Source of the DNA: Selaginella moellendorffii | Lineage: Eukaryota > Plantae > Lycopodiophyta | NCBI RefSeq assembly: GCF_000143415.4 | Contig: NW_003314338.1 | Location: 1-64,000, forward strand | Length of the DNA: 64,000 bases | Reading direction: 5' to 3' | In this document: in pieces, positions 37,780-50,423 of the stretch | Layout of the letters: every line of letters begins with the position of its first letter | Position numbering within the stretch: the stretch's first letter is position 1 | The notes under the pieces: model-generated | What the model was told of the DNA's origin: nothing | The model's database searches: none | The model's input: only the letters and a program-made list of their open reading frames with translations | Position numbers and translations under genes: made by a program

Positions 37780-38900
37780 TTATAAAGGCGGAGCAGGACG
37801 GGTAGGTTATTTTATTTTCTCTCTTGCTCGGCTACGGCCGACATTCTCCTCTCTCAACATTGGTGGAAAAACGATCCTGCTACGTTTCAGGCAATGATGA
37901 ATCACCTCTTTGGCCCATTTCTCTTCAGGTGTTTCATTGTAATTTTTTATGACATTCTCTTGTATAGCAGTTCTTGGGAGGAACATTTATGCAACTTCGA
38001 GAAGACTCTTCAAGTTCCTGACGAGTTCTCGCTTGTGGGCAAATTGAGCAAGTGTTCCTTCGGTATAACAGAGATTGAGTACCTCGGCTTTATTATTGGT
38101 GGGGGGCGGGTAAAGGCGATAGAGAACTGGCCACAGCCCCGATCAATCAAGCAGCTACGTTCTTTTTTGACCTTTGCAACTATCTCAGTAAGTTTGATGT
38201 AAATTAAGCATCTATTGCTTCACCACTGTCTGATCTTTTAGGTCCATCCAGTTTACTTGGAAGTTCCAGGTTTGTTCGATTTTAAACCCACAGATTCACC
38301 GGCTGGCAACGAACACCTGCTTTCTCTTCGGGAAATCCAGTTGCTGGTTTGACACCATTTAGAAGCAGCCAGGAACCGAATGAAGCAGTCTGCTGACAGA
38401 AGACACTCATTTCGTGAATTTCAAGTGAATATGTATCCTTTTGGCTTGAGTGGCACACATATTGGGAAGCAGAACAGTGTCCAAGTCCAAGCTCCATCCT
38501 CGCTCTTATCAGGTCGTCAAACAAATCAATGAGGTGGTGTACAAACTTTTGCCTTCACAACGTACTTCATATGTCTGAGCTCAAGGTGCAGCATGGTCTA
38601 CTTCCAAGCCAGCCAGAAATACCGACTCCAACGATAGCCATGGGTGACAGATTTTTACTTATCACAGAGAGGGTCGTGGCTCAGGAAGAACAGGTGTTGT
38701 GCATCCGTTTTCGGATTCACTGGTAGGGAATGATAGCAGAGAATGACACCTGGGTTTCTACTGAGGAACTGGCCGCTCTGCATGATTCTGGGGGCAAGTA
38801 CAGAGTGTTCGACCATGTTATGAGTATAAAGGTGGAGCAGGGTGGTGACGGGTAGGTTACTTTATGTTCTCTCACTTATGCCAACATTCTCTTCTCTTTA
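37780..38900 (+). mobile_element. Deleted Ty3/Gypsy (chromovirus-like) remnant with short LTR-like direct repeats
   Basis: RT fragment MNHLFGPFL..FYDILLYS..KLSKCSFG..IEYLGFII and a chromo-like RIHW*G..AENDTWV. TATAAAGGYGGAGCAGG repeats at 37781 and 38825. Confidence 0.65.
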
Positions 38901-39099
38901 TTCCTTCATTGTATATCAGGATTGTTCCCAACTCAGCAATATGATTGGCGCTTGTAACCAACTGTGAGACCAACATTATAAGTCTCATATCTTTAACAGG
39001 TCTTAATCCCAATTTGGTGGGGGGTTCCAAGTATAGTAAAGATATTAAAGTTAAAACCCAAAAAGTGTTTTTGAGCCATGTTGGGTTTGGGGTGTAACT

Positions 39100-40065
39100 C
39101 TCATACCTAAAAAGGAAATTAATTGTTATGATGCATTATTTAAATACTATAAAGTTTATTAGTCCTTGCTCCTTCTGAGGAGGCTTGGACTTTTCTTTCA
39201 AATTTGAGATGGAGTTGAGTTATCCACATCATACCTTTTAAGCCACCTTATACAACAACAACATTCAATGACACTCTTTAGTACACTAAATTTGTAAGTT
39301 TTTAACATCCCTTAGTACAATAGAATTTATTTATGAAACCTTATAAATTCCAAGTGCATCTTTTAATTTGGAACCATTGGAAGAAAAAATAATTTTCTTA
39401 TCATATTAAAATTTTTTAAATAAAATAAAATTTAATTTTTGTTATATACTCTCAAGTAAAGTTGATATAAAAGCTTATATTTATTTTGTGATATACAACA
39501 TAAAACATATTAAACTTAATCAAATAAATTTTGTATGTATACTACATTATTAAAATTCACCAAAACAAAGGTTCTAAAAAATGATTAAAAACTTTATCCA
39601 AAATGTTTATATGTACAAAAAATAACATATTAAATATAAAATATATAGAGTAGGACTTTTATTTGTAATCATTTATTAAAATTCAATACAACCGAGTTCA
39701 TAATAGAGTATTTGAGAAAATGATTAGAAGTTTTAAATATAAAAATATTATACAATTTAAAATAAGTTATAAATTACATATAATTTTACATATTTAGAAG
39801 CTTTATTAAATAGAAGAAGTTTTACCATTAATCATTATATAAATTATTACTGAAATAATTTTTAAAAAAAATTCTTGAAAGGATCTAAATAAAAAATATA
39901 AATTTATAATTTTTAAAAATAAATGTAATATATAGATAAGATTTTTTAGTTTTAGAATGATACTAGTAACTGTTATAAAACTAAATAAAAAAACATTAAT
40001 AAATATAAATAATTTAAATTATTATATTAATGTTCTAAATTAACATTAATATTAATATCTATCAT
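39100..40065. other. Very AT-rich low-complexity tract (continues at 55179-55520) that hosts the Gypsy insertion
   Basis: Base composition; no ORFs. Confidence 0.6.
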
Positions 40066-40221
40066 TGTGAGTGCTTAGAATATGGAAAGGGAATACAAAA
40101 AATGTGCATATCAATTAACCCAAAAACCCTAGCTTATATACAGGAGTGTGTGGTCCGGATTGAAACTAATATGACAGCTACCAAAATCCCATTATGCTAA
40201 TATTAGTATATGGCATCATAG

Positions 40222-43200
40222 TGTGAGACACAAAATCCCTAGGCCCCAAAGTGGAGCTGGAAATGGTGCCACGTGGTAGTGGCCGAAGTGAAAGCCAAAC
40301 GAGCGTAACACGTTTGGACTAAAAGCTCTAACTTGGAAGGTCGAGAGCGAGAGTGGAACTCCCAACAAAGTGCTCAAGGAGCGAGCACGAAACGAGCAAT
40401 AAGCAAGGCTCCAAAAAGGGACCCAAAAAACACCAACACATGACACGTGGAAGTGTCCGAGATGGAGTCCAAGACGGACCCTAGTCGGAGTCCGAGATGG
40501 ACCCGAAGTGGAGTCTGATATGGAGTCTGAGATGGAGTCTGAGGTGGACCGAGACGGAATTTGAGATGGACCCGAGATGGAGTCCGAGATGGAGTCCGAG
40601 ATGGACCCGAGATGGAGTCCGAGATGGAGTCCGAGGTGGACCGAGACGGAGTCTGAGATGGACCCGAGGTGGAGTCCGAGATGGAGTCCGAGATGGACCG
40701 AGATGGAGCCCGAGATGGAGTCCGAGATGGAGTCCGAAAAGGACCTGAGATGGAGTCCGAGGTCGACACCGAGACCGGGACCGAAACCGAGACCGAGACC
40801 GAGACCGGGACCGAGACCGGGACCGAGGCCAAGGCTGAGACCAAGCCCGAGCCCGAGTCCGAGTCCGAGTCCGAGTCCAAGTTCGAGTCTGAGAGGGTGA
40901 AAGCCCAAAGCGTTCGTCTCCCAGACCCTGGGGGGTTTGGTGAGCTCCAAAAGTATAGTAAGGGGGAGGACTGCAGTGGAGCCAGTTTGGCCAGGAAAGG
41001 CCAGTTTGGCCTAGGAAGGCCAGACCCAGTGTTGGGTGATGAACTGACCACTGGGAAGTCCAAGACTAGAGTGAATACGGACCGACAAGCGGGGTAGCTT
41101 GGTGAAGTGTTCAAGAGTCGGCTCTAGTTCCCCCGGGAGATCGACTGGCCGATGCTCCCAGTCCAAGTGTGGGTGGCACTACCTACTTGGATACCAGGCG
41201 TGGCTCAATGGAACCTCACTCTAAGCCCATGGCTAGAGCACCTAAAGGCGATAGGCGGGGAGAGTACCCAGCTGGCTCGCGTAAGGCCACGGTGTTCCGA
41301 AAAGTTGTCCCAAAGGCCTAGACTGTGGAAAGGAAGAGGAGCAGTCCTCTAGGGTAGTGACCAAAGGACACAGTCGTGAGGTGAGGAAGTCCCAGAGGAC
41401 CATGGCACTTAGTGGTCGGGCCTGTGGGCCTCGATCCAGTGGCAGTGTTGGCAAACACGGCCAGGGGCAGAAAGGGACTTGGTAGGAACTGACAAAGGGA
41501 CTTTGGGGAAGGTGTTTCCCCAGGTCTGTGGGCATCCTAAGGATGCTAAGGAGTGGATCTAGGATGACCACTCTGTAAGCGACTAAATTTTCCATTCTAC
41601 TTTAGTCACTTAACCACACCTCCGACCACTTGGAGGAGTCTCATTCACAACCTCCATCAGTCCAATTTAGGACTTGGGACTTGCTAGCCTCAAGAATGGC
41701 ATCCATGCCACTCAACACTTGCACCTGGTCCAAGTGCTCCTCGTGTCCGGTCCCCAGAACGACACCCAAAGGTACCACTGACATCTCAGCCCGTTATGCT
41801 AAGGCCATGCCCATTCACCTTTGCAGGACTAGTGGTCCAATACCACTTGCATCACAATCCCGTCTCTCCAAGACTGGGCCATCTGTCCACAAGTGGTCAT
41901 CCTAGATCCACTCCTTAGCATCCTTAGGATGCCCACAGACCTGGGGAATTGCCTTCCCCAAAGTCCCTTTGTTAGTTCCTACCAAGTCCCTTTCTGCCCC
42001 TGGCCGTGTTTGCCAACACTGCCACTGGATCGAGGCCCACAGGCCTGACCCCTAAGTCCCATGGTCCTCTGGGACTTCCTCACCACACGACTGTGTCCTT
42101 GGTCACTACCCCAGAGGACTGCTCCTCTTCCTTTCCACAGTCTAGGCTTTTGGGACAACATTTTGGAACATCGTGGCCTTACGCGAGCCACCTGGGTACT
42201 CTCCCTGCCTTTCGCCTTTAGGTGCTCTAGCCATGGGCTTAGAGCGAGGTTCCATTGAGCCACACCTGGTATCCAAGTAGGTAGTGCCACCCACACTTGG
42301 ACTGGGAGCATCGGCCAGTCGATCTCCCGGGGGAACTAGAGCTAGCTCTTGAACACTTCACCAAGCTACCCCGCTTGTCGGTTCGTATTCACTCTAGTCT
42401 TGGACTTCCCAGTGGTCAGTTCATCACCCAACACTGGGTCTGGCCTTCCTGGGCCAAACTGGCCTTTCCTGGCCAAACTGGCTCCACTGCAATCCTCCCC
42501 CTACCATACTTTTGGAGCTCACCAAACCCCCCAGGGTCTGGGAGACGAACGCTTTGGGCTTTCACCCTCTCAGACTCGAACTCAGACTCGGACTCAGACT
42601 CGGACTCGGACTCGGACTCGGACTCGGGATCGGGCTTGGTCTCAGCCTTGGCCTCGGTCTCGGTCTCGGTCCCAGTCCCGGTCTCGGTCTTGGTCCCGGT
42701 CTCGGTCTCAACCTCGGACTCCATCTCGGGTCCTTCTTGGACTTCATCTCGGACTCCGTCTCAGTCCATCTCGGACTCCATCTCAGACTCCGTCTCGGTC
42801 CATCTCGGACTCCATCTCGGGTCCATCTCGGACTCCGTCTCGGTCCACCTCGGACTCCATCTCGGACTCCATCTCGGGTCCATCTTGGACTCCATTTCGG
42901 ACTCCATCTCGGGTCCATCTCGGACTCCATCTCGGACTCCATCTCGGGTCCATCTCGGACTCCGTCTCGGTCCACCTCGGACTCCACTTCGGGTCCATCT
43001 CGGACTCCAACTAGGGTCCGTCTCGGACTCCATCTCGGACACTTCCACATGTCATGTGTTGGTCCTTTTTGGGTCCCTTTTGGAGCCTTGCTTATTGCTC
43101 ACTTTGTGCTTGCTTTTTGAGCGCTTTGTTGGGAGTTCCACTCCCGCTCTCGACCTTCCAAGTTAGAGCTTTTAGTCCAAACGTGTTACACTCGTTTGGG

Positions 43201-46200
43201 CTTTCGCTTCGGCCACTACCACATGGCACCCTTTCCGGCTCTACTTTGGGGCCTAGGGATTTTGTGTCTCACAACTCCACCACCCATAGACGAAGTTCGA
43301 TGTCCTCATCGAACGGTAAACCCTTTTATAAAGTAACACCCGCAGGCATTACCATTCCCATCCTTGGCACCCGGCCAATATTTGTCTATGGTTTGACCCC
43401 GAAGGCTCACCATGCCTTGTCCATCCTCTAAGGAGGATAGTCTCTCCAACTTAAAAACTGATTGGACCACTTGGGGTGGTTCTTTCCGTTTATTGGTTTA
43501 GTTCTCGCTAAACCCGTTAGAGGCACCCTCTCTAACTCAATTCCACTACTCATTCTTGAGTAGTCACAGATTCCATTGATCTACCTTTGCACTTTGGAAC
43601 GTTTACTTTTGACTTCTTGAAGTCAATTTTCTAGGTGTCTCTGACACCTTGCCTTGCACATTTTGTGCAACTCCACTTCCCCTCCTAGGAAGTTCTGTAC
43701 TTGAGGGCACCCTCATCCTCTTTTCTATTTTTGTGCCACCATTGGCGTTACGTTCCATTTATCATTATTTGTGCTAGGGCTACCCATGGCCCTATTATTT
43801 GGCTACCTTACCGCTCCCCTCTTTGGAGCATCCACTTTCGCCAAATCGGAGCGGTTGGGAATCCATCTTTGGGGAAACATTGCCTTTCCCACAATCAATT
43901 AGCACCCAACACATTAGTGTTCTCAGCTTAACTTTGCCATTCGGATTCTTCCCCAAGATTCCCATGGCTCTTTTCTTAGCCACTAGTCTTTTGCTCCTAT
44001 CCTTGATTGTTGCACCTAACAACATCGGATCATTACCTCCATTCTCGAGGTATCGTCTTGATTCCATAGCAAAGACTTTACTTTGCCAAGTCCAAAGGGT
44101 GCTCACCCCTAGTACGTCTCTTTAGCATTTCCTGCTGTGGGCTCTATCCATGACCCAACTTTTGAGACCCTCTCTTGGATCTTTTATAGAGACTACTTTC
44201 CTCGGACTTACTATGCCATAGCAGTGACATAGCTCATTTCCCATAGGTGCTCTTCCCACTTGGTCACCTTGACCAAGCCACACCATTATCAGTAGTTCAA
44301 ATCAACACTTTGAACTAGGAATCATATCTCTTAACCCAAACAAAGACCTTGTCCTTGTTTAGCCACAAGATCACCTAGTGATCTCATCTAGACCCCTTAA
44401 TAAGTCTACCATTAGGGACTAGGTCTTCCAGACCCTTCTAAGTTGTTGACAATGACCCCGGGGGCATCCCCCACACTTGGCGGTGCGCCCAAGCCAGCCC
44501 TTCCGGCCAAGGATCCATAGCAACTAAGACTGGGTGTCCCCATCTCATTCACCACGTCCTTGGTGCTCTTTGCACCAAAGTGTTCAAGTTAGATATGCCG
44601 AGCTTTCACTCTAAGTAATCTAACCGTGCATCACGACTCCGAGGCATCCCTCGCTTGGCGGTGTGCCCAAACCAGTCTCCTCACTGAGAGTCCATGACCA
44701 CCGAAATATGAGTGTCCTCATATTCCAAACCATCACCACGCCCTAGTGATTTGGGACTCGAACCCAAGCACTAGAGGGTTGGGACTCGAACCCAACCTCC
44801 GTATATGCATCTACGGACGGCATCACTGAGGATGCCTGGCGTGACTCCCCACGCCGGTGCACCAACTTATACTCAAAACGCGCTATAGATCACAGCTTAG
44901 GAACCTAGTTCCTCCACACTGCCAAGTCCTCTCACTTGACAAGTATGTGATCATGCATGGACTCCTCCATGCTTGGCCCCATGGCCCACCCTTTTGAAGT
45001 TATCACCTTCAACTAGGGCATTTGTTCTCCTGACTTGCCAATCTCGCTTTGGCAAGTCCTCCGACCACTGTAACATGGTTCCTGCACAAGTGTGAAAGCC
45101 TTTGATCATCGACTTTCGTTCAAAGCCCTCTCTTTGAACACTCGGGAACTACTTCCCTAACCTTGATAGCCTTGCCTCATGGCAAGCTTCAAGACCACGC
45201 TTCTGCTGCGCCACTCTGATTTCGCGTGTTCTTTGAACCATTTACGCTTGGCCTTTCTAGGTACTAAGCTACCTAGAATCATCTTTGGGAACCTTGAAGG
45301 AACTCTGTCCCTTAGCTTGCTAAGGCCTCCCTTTTTGCAAGCTTTCCAATTACCATATAGTCTAACATGGACAATTCCATATTTTAGACTCTCCATGGCA
45401 TCACGGTTGCTAGCAGCAACCCCCTCGAGCCCCCACTTGATTCTCCACTCCCAGCTTGCATAACCAACCTTGGTTATGCCCTTCGATTCCTATGGTTCGG
45501 TTCTACCCCCTTACTTCTTGTCATTCTCCTCCAGACTAGGAGGATAGCTTTGCACTTTCTATCATGCCTTAGCAAGTATTCTTAGGGATGAACCTACCCG
45601 ATAGCCTAGGGAGTGGTTCCTCAATCCAGGTATGCTCACCCTATAATCCCACACACCGAGATCACGTTGTTGCTTATGGGCCTTTACATGCCCATCGCTA
45701 ACCTTGCCAAAATTCCATTTTTGGCTTTGTCCATTTTGAGTAGACAGTCTTCTCCTGTCTCCGCCACCTTGGACATTTGGATAGCACCTTCTATCCATCA
45801 TTCGCTAGGGACTTAGTCCCTTGGGCCTTATCTATTGCCCTCGCAACATCAAACACCACCTCCTAGTGTTCTAGAGCGTTCCAGTGTCCCAATGACGGCT
45901 TCCTTAACAATGAGTATTTCCTTTCATGACATTGACTTACCATATCGCAACATAAGCAACTTATCCCCCGTAAGGGTATATCCAACTTCCTTATGCCATT
46001 AAGAAGGCTTGGGTAGCTACTTTCTACCCGTTTAACCAATTATTTTGCACCTCTTGCTTAGTTGCCTCATAGTTGTCAAGTCCTACAACTCATTGCTGGT
46101 GCTTCCACACCTCCATCATTATCTGGGTCACCACACTCCAACTGCATGCTCTGCAACTTAGGCTATGCCATTCAAATTTCCATTGGGATTCCTTTGGTAA

Positions 46201-49200
46201 GGGGTTCTCATGAACCCACCAACATAGCCTCAAGGTACCACACCTTGGCACATTTGGTGTCTCCACACTATCGGCTCCACGAGCCTATCTCTATGACACT
46301 TTTTCTTTGTGTCTAAGTCTTTGCCAAGACCAATACCGCTCTTTCTCATGCCAACCATCTATTAGCATGGCACCATAGAGGTCACACACAACTTTGTGTC
46401 AAAGTTGTTTTTCTTTTTGGGAACACCTTTCCCACGACTTTAGCACGGCACATTTTGCTATCGATGAAATACCCTCTGTTCTCATCCTTAGATCCTATGA
46501 TCCCCCCCCCCCCCCCCCCCATCCTTCGTGGGGTACAACACACCTCAGTCCAAATGCTCCTATCAGTCCTTTAGGATTATTCCTTGACTCTATTGGAGTC
46601 ATCCAGCTTTTTGGACTTTGTCATCCGACGACCCATGAGGTCCTACCTTTGAGGTGCCAGCTCACTGGAATACAACTTCTTGTATTCATGTCCTACTCAC
46701 AAGGACCATCTTTGCAAGTGTTACTCCGACACTTGATTTGTTCTCTTGGGGCAACCTTTTGCCTCTTAGGACCACTTGTCCATGTGATGAGGATACCAAC
46801 TCATCCTCTAAGTACATCCCCAACTCCTTGGGTTGTTCCAGCATTTATCAAGGGTAACCTCAGCTACCATTTCGAGGACTTGTGTCCTCTCCTATATTTG
46901 ACCTCCCATGGTCATCAATTCCGGTCTCAAAGTTATGAGCACCGGCCTCAACTATATGAGGGTAATCTTGTGACTCCTTTATTATTTTGGAGTCTACATC
47001 TTTCCCATGATCCCAATTATAGTTGTTTACCACAACTACGTTAGCCCGTTTGCTGCGTCAAACGCTCATCTGGATCATATCCTCAACTCTCTGAGGAAAA
47101 CCACATACTGTTCCCAAGATCCCAGAGTCGTTCCATTATTGACCCTTTTCTATCCACCACATCGTGCCCAAGTTCACGCATGAACTTGAGTGGGGAGCCA
47201 TGTCCTCTCGACATGCTACTCCTCAAAGATAGGCCCACTCCTAGGACCTTCCGATGCCAACATCAATGGTGATATACTTGAGCACCAATAAAAGTCGGAC
47301 TAAGGAACAGCTCCGATACCAAGTTGTAAGTGACTAAATTTTCCATTCTACTTTAGTCACTTAACCACACCTCCGACCACTTGGAGGAGTCTCATTCACA
47401 ACCTCCATCAGTCCAATTTAGGACTTGGGACTTGCTAGCCCCAAGAATGGCATCCATGCCACTCAACACTTGCACCTGGTCCAAGTGCTCCTCGTGTCCG
47501 GTCCCAAGAACGACACCCAAAGGTACCACTGACATCTCAGCCCGTTACACTAAGGCCATGCCCATTCACCTTTGCTGCACTAGTGGTCCAATACCACTTG
47601 CATCACAATCCCGTCTCTCCAAGACTGGGCCATCTGTCCACAAGTGGTCATCCTAGATCCACTCCTTAGCATCCTTAAGATGCCCACAGACCTGGGGAAT
47701 TGCCTTCCCCAAAGTCCCTTTGTTAGTTCCTACCAAGTCCCTTTCTGCCCCTGGCCGTGTTTGCCAACACTGCCACTGGATCGAGGCCCACAGGCCCGAC
47801 CCCTAAGTCCCATGGTCCTCTGGGACTTCCTCACCTCACGACTGTGTCCTTGGTCACTACCCCAGAGGACTGCTCCTCTTCCTTTCCACAGTCTAGGCTT
47901 TTCATTTCGGAACATCGTGGCCTTACGCGAGCCACCTGGGTACTCTCCCTGCCTTTTGCCTTTAGGTGCTCTAGCCATGGGCTTAGAGCGAGGTTCCATT
48001 GAGCCACGCCTGGTATCCAAGTAGGTAGTGCCACCCACACTTGGACTGGGAGCATCGGCCAGTCGATCTCCCGGGGGAACTAGAGCTGGCTCTTGAACAC
48101 TTCACCAAGCTACCCCGCTTGTCGGTCCGTATTCACTCTAGTCTTGGACTTCCCAGTGGTCAGTTCATCACCCAACACTGGGTCTGGCCTTCCTGGGCCA
48201 AACTGGCCTTTCCTGGCCAAACTGGCTCCACTGCAATCCTCCCCCTACTATACTTTTGGAGCTCACCAAACCCCCCAGGGTCTGGGAGACGAACGCTTTG
48301 GGCTTTCACCCTCTCAGACTCGAACTCGGACTCAGACTCGGACTCGGACTCGGACTCGGACTCGGACTCGGACTCGGGCTCGGGCTCGGTCTCAGCCTTG
48401 GCCTCGGTCTCGGTCTCGGTCCCAGTCCCGGTCTCGGTCTTGGTCCCGGTCTCGGTCTCAACCTCGGACTTCATCTCGGGTCCTTCTTGGACTTCATCTC
48501 GGACTCCATCTCAGTCCATCTCGGACTCCATCTCAGACTCCGTCTCGGTCCATCTCGGACTCCATCTCGGGTCCATCTCGGACTCCGTCTCGGTCCACCT
48601 CGGACTCCATCTCGGTCCACCTCGGACTCTATCTCAGACTCCATCTCGGACTCCATCTCGGGTCCATCTTGGACTCCATCTCGGACTCCATCTCGGGTCC
48701 ATCTCGGACTCCATCTCGGGTCCATCTCGGACTCCGTCTCGGTCCACCTCGGACTCCACTTCGGGTCCATCTCGGACTCCAACTAGGGTCCGTCTCGGAC
48801 TATAACTAGGGTCCGTCTCGGACTCCATCTCGGACACTTCCACGTGTCATGTGTTGGTCCTTTTTGGGTCCCTTTTGGAGCCTTGCTTATTGCTCACTTT
48901 GTGCTTGCTTTTTGAGCGCTTTGTTGGGAGTTCCACTCCCGCTCTCGACCTTCCAAGTTAGAGCTTTTAGTCCAAACGTGTTACACTCGTTTGGGGTTTC
49001 GCTTCGGCCACTACCACGTGGCACCCTTTCCGGCTCTACTTTGGGGCCTAGGGATTTTGTGTCTCACAACTGACACAGAGATGGACCCGAGATGGAGTCC
49101 GAGATGGAGTCCGAGGTGGACCGAGACGAAGTCCGAGATGGACCCGAGGTGGAGTCCGAGATGGATCCGAGATGGAGCCCGAGATGGAGTCCGAGATGGA

Positions 49201-50383
49201 GTCCGAGAAGGACCTGAGATGGAGTCCGAGGTCGACACCGAGACCGGGACCGAAACCGAGACCGAGACCGAGACCGGGACCGAGACCGGGACCGAGGCTA
49301 AGGCTGAGACCAAGCCCGAGCCCGAGTCCGAGTCCGAGTCCGAGTCCGAGTCCGAGTCCGAGTCCGAGTCCGAGTTCGAGTCTGAGAGGGTGAAAGCCCA
49401 AAGCGTTTGTCTCCCAGACCCTGGGGGGTTTGGTGAGCTCCAAAAGTATAGTAAGGGGGAGGACTGCAGTGGAGCCAGTTTGGCCAGGAAAGGCCAGTTT
49501 GGCCCAGGAAGGCCAGACCCAGTGTTGGGTGATGAACTGACCACTGGGAAGTCCAAGACTAGAGTGAATACGGACCGACAAGCGGGGTAGCTTGGTGAAG
49601 TGTTCAAGAGCCGGCTCTAGTTCCCCCGGGAGATCGACTGGCCGATGCTCCCAGTGCAAGTGTGGGTGGCACTACCTACTTGGATACCAGGCGTGGCTCA
49701 ATGGAACCTCGCTCTAAGCCCATGGCTAGAGCACCTAAAGGCGAAAGGCGGGGAGAGTACCCAGCTGGCTCGCGTAAGGCCACGGTGTTCCGAAAAGTTG
49801 TCCCAAAGGCCTAGACTGTGGAAAGGAAGAGGAGCAGTCCTCTGGGGTAGTGACCAAAGGACACAGTCGTGAGGTGAGGAAGTCCCAGAGGACCATGGGA
49901 CTTAGTGGTCGGGCCTGTGGGCCTCGATCCAGTGGCAGTGTTGGCAAACACGGCCAGGGGCAGAAAGGGACTTGGTAGGAACTGACAAAGGGACTTTGGG
50001 GAAGGTGTTTCCCCAGGTCTGTGGGCATCCAAAGGATGCTAAGGAGTGGATCTAGGATGACCACTCGTGGACAGATGGCCCAGTCTTGGAGAGACGGGGT
50101 GGTGATGCAAGTGGTATTGGACCACTAGTGCAGCAAAGGTGAATGGACATGGCCTTAACGTAACGGGCCGAGGTGTCAATGGTACCTTTGGGTGTCGGTC
50201 TTGGGACCGGACACATGGAGCACTTGGACCAGGTGCAAGTGTTGAGTGGCATGGAGGCCATTCTTGGGGCTAGCAAGTCCCAAGTCCTGAATTGGACTGA
50301 TGGAGGTTGTGAATGAGACTCCTCCAAGTGGTCGGAGATGTGGTTAAGTGACTAAAGTAGAATGGAAAATTTAGTCGCTTACA
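40222..50383 (+). mobile_element. Family-A solo LTR inserted in the Gypsy 3' LTR; interrupted and partly duplicated (40222-41573; 49079-50383)
   Basis: TGTGAGAC...CTTACA termini with a perfect CATAG TSD (40217-40221 / 50384-50388). Confidence 0.88.
41574..49068 (-). mobile_element. Full-length family-A LTR retroelement, non-autonomous (LARD-like): 5' LTR 47325-49068, 3' LTR 41574-43273
   Basis: PBS TGGTATCGGAGC (47310-47321, tRNA-iMet type) and PPT-like ATGGGTGGTGGAGT (43274-43287). The 4-kb internal region has no long sense ORF. Confidence 0.88.
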
Positions 50384-50423
50384 CATAGCCGTATAATTGG
50401 CCCTCACATCATCCCCTCCTCTC

